Counted from the stretch's first letter, positions 1 through 9,729 are shown. The stretch is DNA of 64,000 nt from Patescibacteria group bacterium (GCA_041662665.1 JBAZSC010000001.1:257511-321510), one strand, 5' to 3'. Translations and numbers: made by a program. Notes: generated from the letters alone by a model not told the origin.

Positions 1-852
1 AATGTTAATTGCATTTTTGCTCTTCCGGAATCAAAATTGATTTTAACTCATATTAGAATACCAAAAAGTACAGACCCTAAAAATTTTTCGAAAACAATTT
101 TAGAAAAAGTTCAAGAAACAATTCCTTTTCAAGCAAAAGATCTTTATTTTGATTATAAAATTGTCCTAACTTATAAAGATTATTATGAAATTCTATTTAC
201 TGGTGTTCAGAAAGGAATTCTTGATGAATTTATAACATCTTTGCAGCAAGCTGGACTAAAAGTTTCAATCGTTGATTTTGAATCAGCCTGCCTTATTAGA
301 TCATTAATTGCAAATTGCAACATGAATGATGCGTATGCTATAATTGATATAGGTGGCAGAACAACAATTGCCACTATTTATGATTTTTGCAATATTAGAT
401 TTTCCGATAATATGCCAATTGCTGGCAATGAATTTACTCAAGCCATAATTTCTAAATGGAATTTATCATTTCAAGAAGCAGAAGAATTCAAAAAAACTTA
501 TGGATTAGATCCCATGGTCGAAGAAGGCAAAGTCATGCTTGTTTTGCAAGAACCAATGCAAGAATTAATTAATTCGATTAAAAAGGATATTAATTTTTAT
601 CAAGGAAAAACTGGCCGAAAAATATCTAAAATCATTCTTTGCGGTGGATCTTCTGACATGCCAAAAATTGTTGATTATTTCTATAAAAATTTAAATATTA
701 AAACAGAATTAGGAAATCCATTTTTAAAAATAAAAACGAATGAACAAATTAGTAGCAAAATAGATTACACAACAGTTGCTGGTTTAGCTTTACGAGGCTT
801 AGAAAAAAAGCCAATTGAATCAGGCATTAATTTATTAAAAAATATAAAATAA
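1..852 (+). CDS. pilM: Type IV pilus assembly protein PilM (5'-truncated by window edge)
   Basis: Frame is open from base 1 (ALPES...). Actin-like motifs IDIGGRTT and ILCGGSS, then LGNPF; lies directly upstream of a pilin. Confidence 0.85.
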   Translation, partial: NVNCIFALPESKLILTHIRIPKSTDPKNFSKTILEKVQETIPFQAKDLYFDYKIVLTYKDYYEILFTGVQKGILDEFITSLQQAGLKVSIVDFESACLIRSLIANCNMNDAYAIIDIGGRTTIATIYDFCNIRFSDNMPIAGNEFTQAIISKWNLSFQEAEEFKKTYGLDPMVEEGKVMLVLQEPMQELINSIKKDINFYQGKTGRKISKIILCGGSSDMPKIVDYFYKNLNIKTELGNPFLKIKTNEQISSKIDYTTVAGLALRGLEKKPIESGINLLKNIK

Positions 853-856
853 AAAA

Positions 857-1354
857 ATGAAAAAACCAACACAAAAAAGCCGTGTCCATCGGCAAGCAGG
901 ATTCACTCTTATCGAGTTAATCTTGGTAATTGCAATCATCATTATTATTGCAGCTGCAATTTTTGTTGCTCTTAATCCAGCAAAAAGATTAGGCGATGCT
1001 AATGATTCAAGAAGATGGAGTGATGTTAATCAAACTTTAAGCGCTGTACATCAATACGTTGTTGACAATAAAGGCGCATTTCCAAATTCAGGAACATGGA
1101 CATCAGGTGTGAATTTTGTATTAGGAACAGCTGGTTCAGGTTGCAATACAACTTGCACTGCTGTTGCAACTCAGGCAGCTTGTTTGAATCTTTCTGATCT
1201 AGTCACAAATAATTATATCGGTGCTATTCCAGCTGATCCAGTTACTGGCACAGCTGCAAATACGGATTATTATGTTTCTAGAAATCCTGGAGGAATTGTT
1301 ACGATTGGCGCTTGTGACCCATATAGCGCTTCTCCAATTAAGGTAATGAGATAA
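857..1354 (+). CDS. Type IV pilin (prepilin N-terminal cleavage/methylation protein)
   Basis: QAG|FTLIELILVIAII class III signal peptide, hydrophobic helix, C-terminal cysteines. Confidence 0.92.
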   Translation: MKKPTQKSRVHRQAGFTLIELILVIAIIIIIAAAIFVALNPAKRLGDANDSRRWSDVNQTLSAVHQYVVDNKGAFPNSGTWTSGVNFVLGTAGSGCNTTCTAVATQAACLNLSDLVTNNYIGAIPADPVTGTAANTDYYVSRNPGGIVTIGACDPYSASPIKVMR

Positions 1355-1373
1355 TTATTTAATTTTAAAAAAA

Positions 1374-1835
1374 ATGGACAAAATATCAAAAAAAGAAAAA
1401 TTTCCGTTTAGCAAAATAATTATTGTTGCTTTTGTATTTGCAATTCTTGGACAAATTATTCACACAATTGGTGCAATAATTACAATGCCATATTATATTG
1501 ATCCTAAATACTTCAAAATTTGGTCAATCTTAATGATGCCTCATGAAGGACCGCCACCAATCAGTTTTACGATCATCTCTTTGGCATTTGGCCTTATAAA
1601 TGGATTAATTTTTGCTTCAATCTATTCCATTTTGAAAAAATGTCTACCAGGTAGTACCTTGGCAAAGAAAGGAATGTTTTTTGGACTATTAGTTTTTCTT
1701 TTGGCAGGAATTAGCATGTTTTTTACTTTAGCATTATTAATAAATTTGCCATTCGCGCTTTTAATCTATTGGGTCTTTGAATCTTTAATTTTCTACTTGG
1801 TCCTAGGATTAATAACAGCAAATATAATTAAATAG
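1374..1835 (+). CDS. Hypothetical multi-pass membrane protein
   Basis: 153 aa with about four hydrophobic segments. Confidence 0.7.
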   Translation: MDKISKKEKFPFSKIIIVAFVFAILGQIIHTIGAIITMPYYIDPKYFKIWSILMMPHEGPPPISFTIISLAFGLINGLIFASIYSILKKCLPGSTLAKKGMFFGLLVFLLAGISMFFTLALLINLPFALLIYWVFESLIFYLVLGLITANIIK

Positions 1836-1948
1836 TCTTTAAGAAGTTTCAAATATAAGCTATACTTAAGTTGAAAATAAATTTATTAATAATTAAAAAT
1901 CAAGTCTGTTATAAATAATTTATTTTAACAGACGAGAGGAGGTGTACT

Positions 1949-2278
1949 ATGGAAGAAAACAAATCAAATGCTCCTATGGGAGATAGCAAAGACATTGAAG
2001 AAAACAAAATATTCGCTGTCTTGTCTTATTTAGGAGTTTTAGTAATCGTGCCATTATTGGCAAAAAAAGAAAGCAAATTTGCGATGTTTCATGCAAAGCA
2101 AGGTTTAATTTTGTTGATCGGTTGGGTAATCTCATGGCTTTTATCATTCGTTTTTATCGGTTTCATTCTCGATGTCATAATGATTGTCTTCAGTATTTGG
2201 GGAATCGTAAATGCTGCAACTGGAAAATATGCAAAATTGCCAGTGATTGGTGATTTGGCTGAAAAATTCAAATTCTAA
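1949..2278 (+). CDS. DUF4870-like small membrane protein
   Basis: LSYLGVL...FAMFHAKQG...GKYAKLPVIG pattern; preceded by a GGAGGTG SD. Confidence 0.75.
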   Translation: MEENKSNAPMGDSKDIEENKIFAVLSYLGVLVIVPLLAKKESKFAMFHAKQGLILLIGWVISWLLSFVFIGFILDVIMIVFSIWGIVNAATGKYAKLPVIGDLAEKFKF

Positions 2279-2394
2279 CCGTACTCGAATACTTTTTCGA
2301 ATAACATCGAATTATTTTTCGAATTACATTTAAATCTGGGCGAGGTGCTAAAGCCTCGCCCTATTTAAAATCAAACAAAACTAGTTTAAATAAC

Positions 2395-2459
2395 TTCTGC
2401 GTTTTCTGCGTTCGATTCTGCGTTATTTTGCGAAATAAACAGAATGGAATGCGCAAAAC
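2395..2459. repeat. TTCTGCG/CGCAGAA-family inverted short-tandem-repeat element (degenerate right arm)
   Basis: ttctgcg-ttttctgcg-ttcgattctgcg; same unit as 22068, 32555, 34714 and 60608. Confidence 0.7.
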
Positions 2460-2486
2460 ATATAAAATATACTTAACTATAAATTT

Positions 2487-3905
2487 ATGATAAAACGTAC
2501 TAAAATAGTTTGTACTATTGGTCCAGCAAGCGAGGATCAAAATATATTAGAAAAAATGGTAATTTCAGGTTTGGATGTTGCCAGGCTTAACTTTTCTCAT
2601 GGAACTCATGGAAATCATTTGCAATTAATTAGTAAAATCAGAACTTTATCAAAAAAACATAATAAGCCAATTGCAATTATTCAAGATTTGCAAGGTCCAA
2701 GAGTCCGAATTGGTTTATTGAAAGAAGAAGGCATTAAATTATGTCATAGCAAAGAAATAATTTTATCATGCCAAAAAGATGCGAAATTTGTAGAAGGCGA
2801 GATAAATATAATTCCAGTTACGCATCAAAATTTATGCTCTGATGTTAAAGTTGGTCAAACTATTTTACTTGATGATGGTCAAATAATTTTAAAAGTAAAA
2901 AAAATCGAAAATCAAAATATCCATTGCTTAATTGAAAGTAATGACTGCAAACTTGTTTCGCACAAAGGCATTAATGTGCCGGAAAGCAAGCTTTCTGTGC
3001 CAACTTTGACAGAAAAAGACAAACAAGATTTGCAATTTGGGATAGAAAATAATGTTGATTTTGTTGCCTTATCTTTTGTTAGAGAATCATCTGATGTTTT
3101 AGGAGCCAAAAAAATAATTGGCGATCATAATATCAAAATAATTTCTAAAATAGAAAAAAGAGAAGCTATCAAAAATTTTGACGAGATTTTAGAAGCAAGC
3201 GATGCCATCATGGTTGCCAGAGGCGATTTAGGTATTGAAATGCCAGCTGAAGAAGTTCCAATTTTACAGAAAAAAATAATTGATAAATGTCTAAAAGCAG
3301 CTAAGCCTGTAATTGTCGCAACTCAGATGCTAGATTCAATGATTAGAAATCCAAGACCAACCAGAGCCGAAGTTTCTGATGTTGCTAATGCAGTAATTGA
3401 TCATGCTGATGCAGTTATGCTTTCTGGAGAGTCAGCTTCTGGAAAATATCCTATTCAGGCAGTTGAAACAATGAACAAAATAATTTTGGAAACAGAAAAA
3501 TCACATTATGATGATTTGGTTTTCAAAGATTCAATCAAAAAAATTCCGATAGATTCCGCAATTTCCGAAGTCGCCAATATTCTAGCAAAAAGCGTTGATG
3601 CCAAATTAATTTTAGCTGCGTCATTATCTGGCGATACTGGCAGAATAATTTCTCGCTATCGTCCAGAATTGCCAATTTTTGTTGCAACAGATTCAGAAAA
3701 AGTTCAGCGTCAAGTCAACCTTTCTTGGGGCACTTTTCCATTTATAATTAAGACTTGCAAAACTGTTGAAGAATTAATTGAAGTTTCAATTAATCATATC
3801 AAAGAAAATAAGATTGTCATTGTAAAAGACAAAATAATAATCATCGCTGGCGAGCCTGTTGGCAAGTCAGGCGTGAACTTAGTTGAGATTAAAGAGATTG
3901 AATAA
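2487..3905 (+). CDS. pyk: Pyruvate kinase
   Basis: RTKIVCTIGPAS, RLNFSHG, MVARGDLG, ATQMLDSM, PTRAEVSDVANA, MLSGESA. Confidence 0.98.
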   Translation: MIKRTKIVCTIGPASEDQNILEKMVISGLDVARLNFSHGTHGNHLQLISKIRTLSKKHNKPIAIIQDLQGPRVRIGLLKEEGIKLCHSKEIILSCQKDAKFVEGEINIIPVTHQNLCSDVKVGQTILLDDGQIILKVKKIENQNIHCLIESNDCKLVSHKGINVPESKLSVPTLTEKDKQDLQFGIENNVDFVALSFVRESSDVLGAKKIIGDHNIKIISKIEKREAIKNFDEILEASDAIMVARGDLGIEMPAEEVPILQKKIIDKCLKAAKPVIVATQMLDSMIRNPRPTRAEVSDVANAVIDHADAVMLSGESASGKYPIQAVETMNKIILETEKSHYDDLVFKDSIKKIPIDSAISEVANILAKSVDAKLILAASLSGDTGRIISRYRPELPIFVATDSEKVQRQVNLSWGTFPFIIKTCKTVEELIEVSINHIKENKIVIVKDKIIIIAGEPVGKSGVNLVEIKEIE

Positions 3906-4414
3906 GTCTAAAGTCTAAAATCTTAAATTAAAAATAAAGTCAAAAATTAGAAATAAAATCTAAAATAAAAAATATGACCGAAGAAAATAAATCTTTTGGC
4001 GAGAAAATGAAAGTAAGGATTTATAATCTTATTCTAAAAATTATTAAATTTACGGAATCTTTGCCCAAAAATGATGAAGTCTGTAGAGTAGCAATAAATC
4101 AATTGATCAGAAGTGGGACAAGCATTTGCGCTAATTATGTAGAAGCTACAGCCGGAACAAGTAAAAAAGATTTTTCCAATTTTTAAAGCTATTCATTAAA
4201 ATCAGCAAATGAATCAAATTTTGGCTAGCTTTATTAAGAGATACGAAAAAAGGAAACAAAAAAACAATTGAAGAATTACTAAAAGAATTAATTGAAATTT
4301 CTAATATCTTAGGAGCGAGTATTGGCACAATGAAAATGAAAAAGAAATAATTATTTTTAACTTTTAACTTTACTTTTAATTTTTAATTCTATTTTAGACT
4401 TTAGACTTTAGACT
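3904..4414. mobile_element. Four-helix-bundle gene bracketed by inverted 7-mer tandem arrays
   Basis: aagtctaaagtctaaaatct at 3904-3923 is the reverse complement of ttttagactttagactttagact at 4392-4414. Mobility is inferred, not shown. Confidence 0.55.
3974..4350 (+). pseudogene. Four-helix-bundle protein (IVS/'S23'/Avd-like family), disrupted
   Basis: QLIRSGTSICANYVEA motif; in-frame TAA at 4184-4186, then SYSLKSANES, then a 1-nt frameshift near 4218 to (K)FWLALLRD...ELIEISNILGA, ending at TAA 4348-4350. Confidence 0.85.
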
Positions 4415-4422
4415 AAAAACTT

Positions 4423-6783
4423 ATGCAACATATTCTTTGGTTCAACGAAATTAATATCAAAAATGTCAACGAGGTTGGCGGTAAAAACGCATCATTGGGC
4501 GAAATGTACCAAAATTTAACTAAGCAAGGAGTCAGAATTCCAAATGGCTTTGCAATCACAGCTGATGCTTATTGGTATTTTTTAGAGTCTGCCAAAATCA
4601 AAGACAAAATTAAAGAAATATTAAAAAATTTTTCCAAAAAAGATTTAGTTGCAAAAGGCACTTTAATTCGAGGCACGATTTTGAATGCTGATTTTCCAAA
4701 AGATTTAAAACAAGAAATAATTTCTGCTTACAAAAAATTAAGTTCCGAATCAAAAAAAGAAAATGTTGATGTTGCAGTTAGATCAAGCGCAACTGCTGAA
4801 GACGCGCCAGATGCTTCTTTTGCTGGACAGCAAGAATCATATCTCAATATTAAAGGTGAAAAAGAATTATTATTAGCCTGCAAAAGATGTATTTCATCTT
4901 TATTTACCGACCGCTCAATTTCATATCGCTTAGATAAAAAAATCAGTTTATTTAATGTTGCCTTGTCAGTTGGCGTTCAAAAAATGGTTCGTTCTGACAA
5001 AGCAAGTGCTGGCGTTATGTTTACTTTAGATCCAGAATCAGGTTTTAAAAATGTTATTGTAATAAATGGAGCTTTTGGATTAGGTGAAAACGTAGTTAAA
5101 GGCCGAGTCATTCCAGATGAATTTTGCGTCCACAAAGAATTATTGAAAAAAGGTTTCAAGCCAATCGTTGGAAAAACTTTAGGCAAAAAAGAAAAAACTT
5201 TAATTTATACCGACAATCCAAATTCACCAACAATAAACATTAAACTTAGCGATGAAAAAAGAAACATTTTTGTTTTAAATGACAAAGAAATTTTGGAATT
5301 AGCAAAATTCGGTTTGGCAATTGATGAGCATTACAAAAGACCAATGGATATCGAATGGGCAAAAGATGGCAATAATAATAAATTATATATCGTTCAAGCT
5401 CGTCCAGAAACAATTCACAAAAAAGAAAATGAAAAAGTTTTTAACGAATATTATTTAGCTAAAAAAGGCAAAGTCTTATTAGAAGGCGCTGCCATTGGTT
5501 CAAAGATAGGTCAAGGAAAAGTCCAATTAATTTTAGATGTCAAAAATATTGAAGAATTTAAAGAGGGCGAAATTTTAGTTACAACAAGCACTGATCCTGA
5601 TTGGGAGCCAGTAATGCGCAAAGCCAAAGCAATTATTACAGATACTGGTGGCAGGACATGTCATGCAGCAATCGTTTCACGCGAATTAGGAATTCCATGT
5701 ATTGTTGGTACTAACAAAGCCACAGAAATCTTGAAAGATAATCAAGAAATCACAGTCAGTTGTGCTGAAGGGGAGATTGGAAAGATTTATCAAGGATTAT
5801 TAGAAATAAAAACTCGTAAAATAGATTTAACAAATTTAAAAAAACCAAAGACAAAAATAATGATGAATGTCGGCGTGCCATTAGAGGCATTTGCGCTAAC
5901 TTCAATTCCAAATGATGGCATTGGTTTGGCTCGAGAAGAATTTATAATCGCTAATTCTATAAAAATTCATCCTAAAGCATTATTAAATTTTTCAACTTTG
6001 AAAGATAAAGATGCGAAAGAAAAAATAGCCGAAATTACAAAAAATTATAAAAATAAGTCAAAATTTTTTATTGATCATTTAGCTTGGGATATGGGCAGAA
6101 TTGCTGCAGCATTTTATCCAAATGATGTTATTGTTCGAACTTCAGATTTTAAGACTAATGAATACGCACAACTTTTAGGCGGAAAAGAATTTGAACCAAA
6201 AGAATCAAATCCAATGATTGGCTGGCGTGGAGCATCTCGCTATTATGATGAAAAATATAAAGATGCATTTGTTATGGAATGCGAGGCTTTAAAAAAATTG
6301 CGTGAAGAAATGGGATTTAGTAATGTAAAAATAATGATTCCTTTTTGCCGGACAGTAGATGAAGGCAAAAAAGTTTTAGCAATAATGAAAGAACATGGAC
6401 TAGAACGAGGTAAAAATAAATTAGAAGTTTACGTTATGGTTGAGATTCCATCTAACGTAATTCTAGCAGATCAATTTGCCAAAATTTTTGATGGTTTTTC
6501 AATTGGCACCAATGATTTAACTCAATTAACTTTAGGAGTTGATCGCGATTCTTCACTAGTTGCCCATGTTTATGACGAAAGAAATGAGGCTGTCAAAACT
6601 TTAGTTAAACAAGTGATCAAAGTTGCTCATGAAAATAAAATAAAAATTGGCATCTGTGGTGATGCGCCATCTACATTTCCAGATTTTGCTCAATTTTTAA
6701 TTGATAATAAAATTGATTCAATATCATTGTCGCCAGATGCAGTTTTTAAAACTACTTTAGAAATCCAGAAAAAAGAAAAATAA
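4423..6783 (+). CDS. ppsA: Phosphoenolpyruvate synthase (pyruvate, water dikinase)
   Basis: VGGKNASLGEM, VAVRSSATAED, GGRTCHAAIVSRELG, FSIGTNDLTQ. Confidence 0.98.
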   Translation: MQHILWFNEINIKNVNEVGGKNASLGEMYQNLTKQGVRIPNGFAITADAYWYFLESAKIKDKIKEILKNFSKKDLVAKGTLIRGTILNADFPKDLKQEIISAYKKLSSESKKENVDVAVRSSATAEDAPDASFAGQQESYLNIKGEKELLLACKRCISSLFTDRSISYRLDKKISLFNVALSVGVQKMVRSDKASAGVMFTLDPESGFKNVIVINGAFGLGENVVKGRVIPDEFCVHKELLKKGFKPIVGKTLGKKEKTLIYTDNPNSPTINIKLSDEKRNIFVLNDKEILELAKFGLAIDEHYKRPMDIEWAKDGNNNKLYIVQARPETIHKKENEKVFNEYYLAKKGKVLLEGAAIGSKIGQGKVQLILDVKNIEEFKEGEILVTTSTDPDWEPVMRKAKAIITDTGGRTCHAAIVSRELGIPCIVGTNKATEILKDNQEITVSCAEGEIGKIYQGLLEIKTRKIDLTNLKKPKTKIMMNVGVPLEAFALTSIPNDGIGLAREEFIIANSIKIHPKALLNFSTLKDKDAKEKIAEITKNYKNKSKFFIDHLAWDMGRIAAAFYPNDVIVRTSDFKTNEYAQLLGGKEFEPKESNPMIGWRGASRYYDEKYKDAFVMECEALKKLREEMGFSNVKIMIPFCRTVDEGKKVLAIMKEHGLERGKNKLEVYVMVEIPSNVILADQFAKIFDGFSIGTNDLTQLTLGVDRDSSLVAHVYDERNEAVKTLVKQVIKVAHENKIKIGICGDAPSTFPDFAQFLIDNKIDSISLSPDAVFKTTLEIQKKEK

Positions 6784-6825
6784 TATAAATATAATATATT
6801 GTTTTGATTAAGTCAGGTTTAATAC

Positions 6826-6854
6826 TTGACTTAATTTAATTAATATATTAATAT
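6826..6854 (+). promoter_or_regulatory. Sigma70-type promoter of the 6920 cassette
   Basis: TTGACT-17nt-TAATAT, then GCACCTT (6869-6875), a hairpin, and AGGAGG (6905-6910). Confidence 0.6.
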
Positions 6855-6919
6855 ATTTTTATTGGTTTGCACCTTTCCCGGAGCCAGCAAGAGGCTCCAT
6901 CACCAGGAGGAAAAGCAGA

Positions 6920-7105
6920 ATGGCAGCTGAGACCAAGACCCCGTCCTACGACTTCGTTCCCGCAACCTCCGCCAACGGTGGTCGGATCTTCGCAGTGGTC
7001 GAGACCACCAAGATCGCTACCCCCCATGAAGGAGGTTCGGACAAGCCGGAGAACGTGAGGCCCTGCAAGAGCAGGACGATTCACGGGCGGGGCAAGAAGC
7101 AGTAA
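6920..7105 (+). CDS. Small GC-rich hypothetical protein (SD-led cassette)
   Basis: AGGAGG 9 nt before the ATG, upstream promoter, downstream terminator; much higher GC than flanks. Confidence 0.6.
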   Translation: MAAETKTPSYDFVPATSANGGRIFAVVETTKIATPHEGGSDKPENVRPCKSRTIHGRGKKQ

Positions 7106-7162
7106 GCTTCAGCTCTAGATTAATTGTTTTTTGTAAAATACACGTTCTTTTTTTAACCATAT

Positions 7163-7188
7163 AGTCCGATTCGTCGGGCTCTTTTTTT
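7163..7188 (+). terminator. Intrinsic terminator
   Basis: agtccga-ttcg-tcgggct followed by a T-run. Confidence 0.7.
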
Positions 7189-7275
7189 GGCCTCACTCGA
7201 ATGCTTTTTCGAATATTTCGAATGCCATAGTATTGTAATTTATCATTTTTCATTTATAATTTAGTTATTCGCAAT

Positions 7276-7360
7276 GGAGAGGTCGCATAGTGGCCTAGTG
7301 CGCAGGCTTGGAAAGCTTGTATATCGAAAGATATCGAGGGTTCGACTCCCTCCCTCTCCG
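7276..7360 (+). tRNA. tRNA-Ser(GGA)
   Basis: GGAGAGG/CCTCTCC acceptor stem, anticodon loop TTGGAAA, long variable arm, GGTTCGACT; CCA not encoded. Confidence 0.95.
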
Positions 7361-7467
7361 TCTTCGCCCGCCGAAGCTTTAGCAAAAGCGAAGGCGGGAA
7401 AGATGAGTATTTAAATTAATATCTGTTTTTTTATAATTCTTGGGCGGGCTTCGACGGACAAAGTCCG
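7361..7467. repeat. ~107-bp nested palindromic element directly after tRNA-Ser, copy 1
   Basis: Near-identical ends to 8336-8442 (tcttcgcccgccg...agctttagcaaaagcgaaggcggga ... ggcgggcttcgacggacaaagtccg). Confidence 0.85.
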
Positions 7468-7528
7468 CTTCTACTGATGCTTTAGCGAAGGTGGATTCAA
7501 TAATAAAAATTATAGAATTTTAAAAGTT

Positions 7529-8158
7529 ATGTTTAGCAATACAAAAACAAAGATTAAAGAATTATCGTCTTATAATTTTTTTGCTACATTAATTGTTGTT
7601 AATGTAGTTTTTATTTTTCTTGGACTAATTTTTTATAATGGCAATTTTAATTTTTGGTCATATCCGTTTAGTTATCTCAGCGATGTCAAAACAGTTGACG
7701 GAATACAAAATAATATATCATCAATTATTTACAGTTTTGAGATGTTTACTAGTGGAATGATAATGATCAGCTTATTTTACAAATTCTACAAAAATAATTA
7801 TAGAAAAAAAGATCTTTTTATTCTAATATTTACATTTCTATGTTCTTCAGGTTTTTTGATTGCATGTTTTAGTCCAGATGATTCTCGGCAATATCTTCAT
7901 ATCTTTGGTTCAGCTCTAGTTGTAGCTTCACTTTGGCTAATTGCTACAAAATATTTATTTAATTTAAAAAAAGATTTAAAACAATTCAAGTATTATTTTT
8001 GGCAGACAATTTTGCAATTTTCCGTTTTTTCTTATGGTCTGACATATTTATTCAGAATCGAACCTCTTGCAACAATCTTGCAAAAATTTGCCTTTCTTGG
8101 GCTTGGCCTAGCTTTACTTTATGCTACTTATTTTGAAAAAAAGTTAAAAAATAAATAA
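7529..8158 (+). CDS. Multi-pass membrane protein (DUF998-like)
   Basis: Hydrophobic helices; FSYLS, H.FG and QK motifs. Confidence 0.6.
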   Translation: MFSNTKTKIKELSSYNFFATLIVVNVVFIFLGLIFYNGNFNFWSYPFSYLSDVKTVDGIQNNISSIIYSFEMFTSGMIMISLFYKFYKNNYRKKDLFILIFTFLCSSGFLIACFSPDDSRQYLHIFGSALVVASLWLIATKYLFNLKKDLKQFKYYFWQTILQFSVFSYGLTYLFRIEPLATILQKFAFLGLGLALLYATYFEKKLKNK

Positions 8159-8248
8159 ACTCTTGAAAAATCGATTATACTAAGGTACCATTGACTTAGT
8201 CGAGAAGTTAATTTTGTTATTTTTCATTTAGTTATTTAAAATTATTCT

Positions 8249-8335
8249 GGAGAGGTGCCTGAGCGGCCGAAAGGACTAGTCTTGAAAACTAGCGCAGCCT
8301 CACGGTTGCCGTGGGTTCGAATCCCACCCTCTCCG
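8249..8335 (+). tRNA. tRNA-Ser(TGA)
   Basis: GGAGAGG/CCTCTCC acceptor stem, anticodon loop CTTGAAA, long variable arm, GGTTCGAATCC. Confidence 0.95.
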
Positions 8336-8442
8336 TCTTCGCCCGCCGTAGCTTTAGCAAAAGCGAAGGCGGGATAGCTAAGTAAAAAAGTCAATATCTG
8401 TTTTTTTGTATTTCACAGGCGGGCTTCGACGGACAAAGTCCG
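8336..8442. repeat. ~107-bp nested palindromic element directly after tRNA-Ser, copy 2
   Basis: Matches 7361-7467. Confidence 0.85.
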
Positions 8443-8461
8443 TTTTTTGGAGGGTGAAATA

Positions 8462-8709
8462 ATGCATTATGTTTATATTTTAGAAACGAAATTTAACAAA
8501 TTGTATATTGGATGTACTTCAGATATTAAAAAAGATTAATCCGGCATCAAAATGGTCACGTAATAGCAACAAAGAATCTCAGACCAATAAAATTAATAAG
8601 TTATATTGTTTTAAAAAATAAATATACAGCCTTTAAGCTTGAAAAATATTTTAAATCTGGATCCGGTAGAGCATTTATAAGAAAACATTTTTTTTATGAA
8701 AATCATTAA
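8462..8709 (+). pseudogene. Small GIY-YIG nuclease, frameshifted (absent from ORF track)
   Basis: MHYVYILETKFNKLYIGCTSDIKK, then a frameshift in the A6 run at 8528-8533, then RLIRHQNGHVIATKNLRPIKL...AFKLEKYFKSGSGRAFI. Confidence 0.85.
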
Positions 8710-8953
8710 AAAAGCATGGCCAGATTTATTTAAACAAGTCAAAGCTGGTAATAAAAATTTTGATCTTCGGCTTGCTGATTTTAAAATTAAAAAAGGCGAT
8801 ACCTTAATTTTAAAAGAATATAATCCAAAGACAAAAAAATATACTGGCAAAGAAATTTCCAAAAAAGTAAAATTCATTTTAAAAACAAAAGACATCAAAT
8901 TTTGGACTCAAAAAGAAATTAAAAAACATGGTTTTCAAATAATTTCATTTTAA
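8696..8953 (+). CDS. ASCH/DUF3850-like domain protein
   Basis: K.WP..F..V..G.K.FDLR..DF..K.GD.L.L.EY pattern. Confidence 0.75.
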   Translation: MKIIKKAWPDLFKQVKAGNKNFDLRLADFKIKKGDTLILKEYNPKTKKYTGKEISKKVKFILKTKDIKFWTQKEIKKHGFQIISF

Positions 8954-8979
8954 AAATAAAAATAATTAACAAAAAAATT

Positions 8980-9717
8980 ATGTTAAAAAACAAAACCGCT
9001 ATTGTAACTGGCGCTGGCCAAGGAATTGGCAAGGGAATAGCTTTGGCATTAGCAAAAGAAGGCTGTAATGTTGTCGTTTCAGACATTAATCAAGAAACTT
9101 GCGAACAAGTTGTTGCAGAAATCGTAAAATTAGGAGTCCAATCTATTGCCATAAAATGTGATGTTTCAAAAAAGGCAGAAGTTGATAATCTTGCAAAAGT
9201 TGCTTCTGAAAAATTTAATCAAATCAATATTTTAGTTAACAATGCTGGTATTTTTCCGTCTATACCATTTGCCAAAATGACTGAAGCTGATTGGGACAAA
9301 GTGATAGACATTAATTTAAAGAGCATGTTTTTAACTTCCCAAGCAATATCTTCAGAAATGCCAGAAGGTGGAAAAATAGTTGATATTTCGTCGATCGCAT
9401 CAATTGTTGGTTTTGAAGGATTAGTCCATTATTGTGCTTCGAAAGGTGGAGTGAATGGTATGATTAGAGCCTTAGCTCTTGAACTAGCTCCAAAAAAAAT
9501 CAATGTTAATGCTGTTGCGCCAGGTATGATTAAAACTCCAGGAGCGACACAAGTAATGGATGAAAAAGCCCTGGCGCAAATGATTGCCATGGTTCCTCAA
9601 AAAAGAATTGGAACACCTGAAGATATTGCTAATGCAGTTGTCTTTTTAGCTTCTGATAAATCAGATTATATCACTGGCCAAGTAATTGTTGTCGATGGTG
9701 GCTGGACATTAAGATAA
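8980..9717 (+). CDS. SDR family oxidoreductase (FabG-like)
   Basis: TGAGQGIG, NNAG, YCASK, VDGG. Confidence 0.93.
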   Translation: MLKNKTAIVTGAGQGIGKGIALALAKEGCNVVVSDINQETCEQVVAEIVKLGVQSIAIKCDVSKKAEVDNLAKVASEKFNQINILVNNAGIFPSIPFAKMTEADWDKVIDINLKSMFLTSQAISSEMPEGGKIVDISSIASIVGFEGLVHYCASKGGVNGMIRALALELAPKKINVNAVAPGMIKTPGATQVMDEKALAQMIAMVPQKRIGTPEDIANAVVFLASDKSDYITGQVIVVDGGWTLR

Positions 9718-9729
9718 TTATTGTATTTC

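Noticed and set aside
878-900. Palindrome remnant in the pilin leader (gcc...ggcaagcagg)
   Set aside because: It resembles the end of the 27905 element but is too short to support.
1949-2290. DUF4870 gene as a twelfth SD-led cassette
   Set aside because: It has a strong SD and a near-match GTACTCG after the stop, but no clear -35/-10 pair or 5' heptamer, so it is treated as borderline and not counted.
3974-4350. Diversity-generating retroelement (Avd-like gene)
   Set aside because: No reverse transcriptase and no TR/VR pair with adenine-specific mismatches was seen in the window.
8528-8534. Programmed -1 frameshift at AAAAAAG in the GIY-YIG gene
   Set aside because: The heptamer is phased AAA AAA G and not A AAA AAG, and the run is short for transcriptional slippage.
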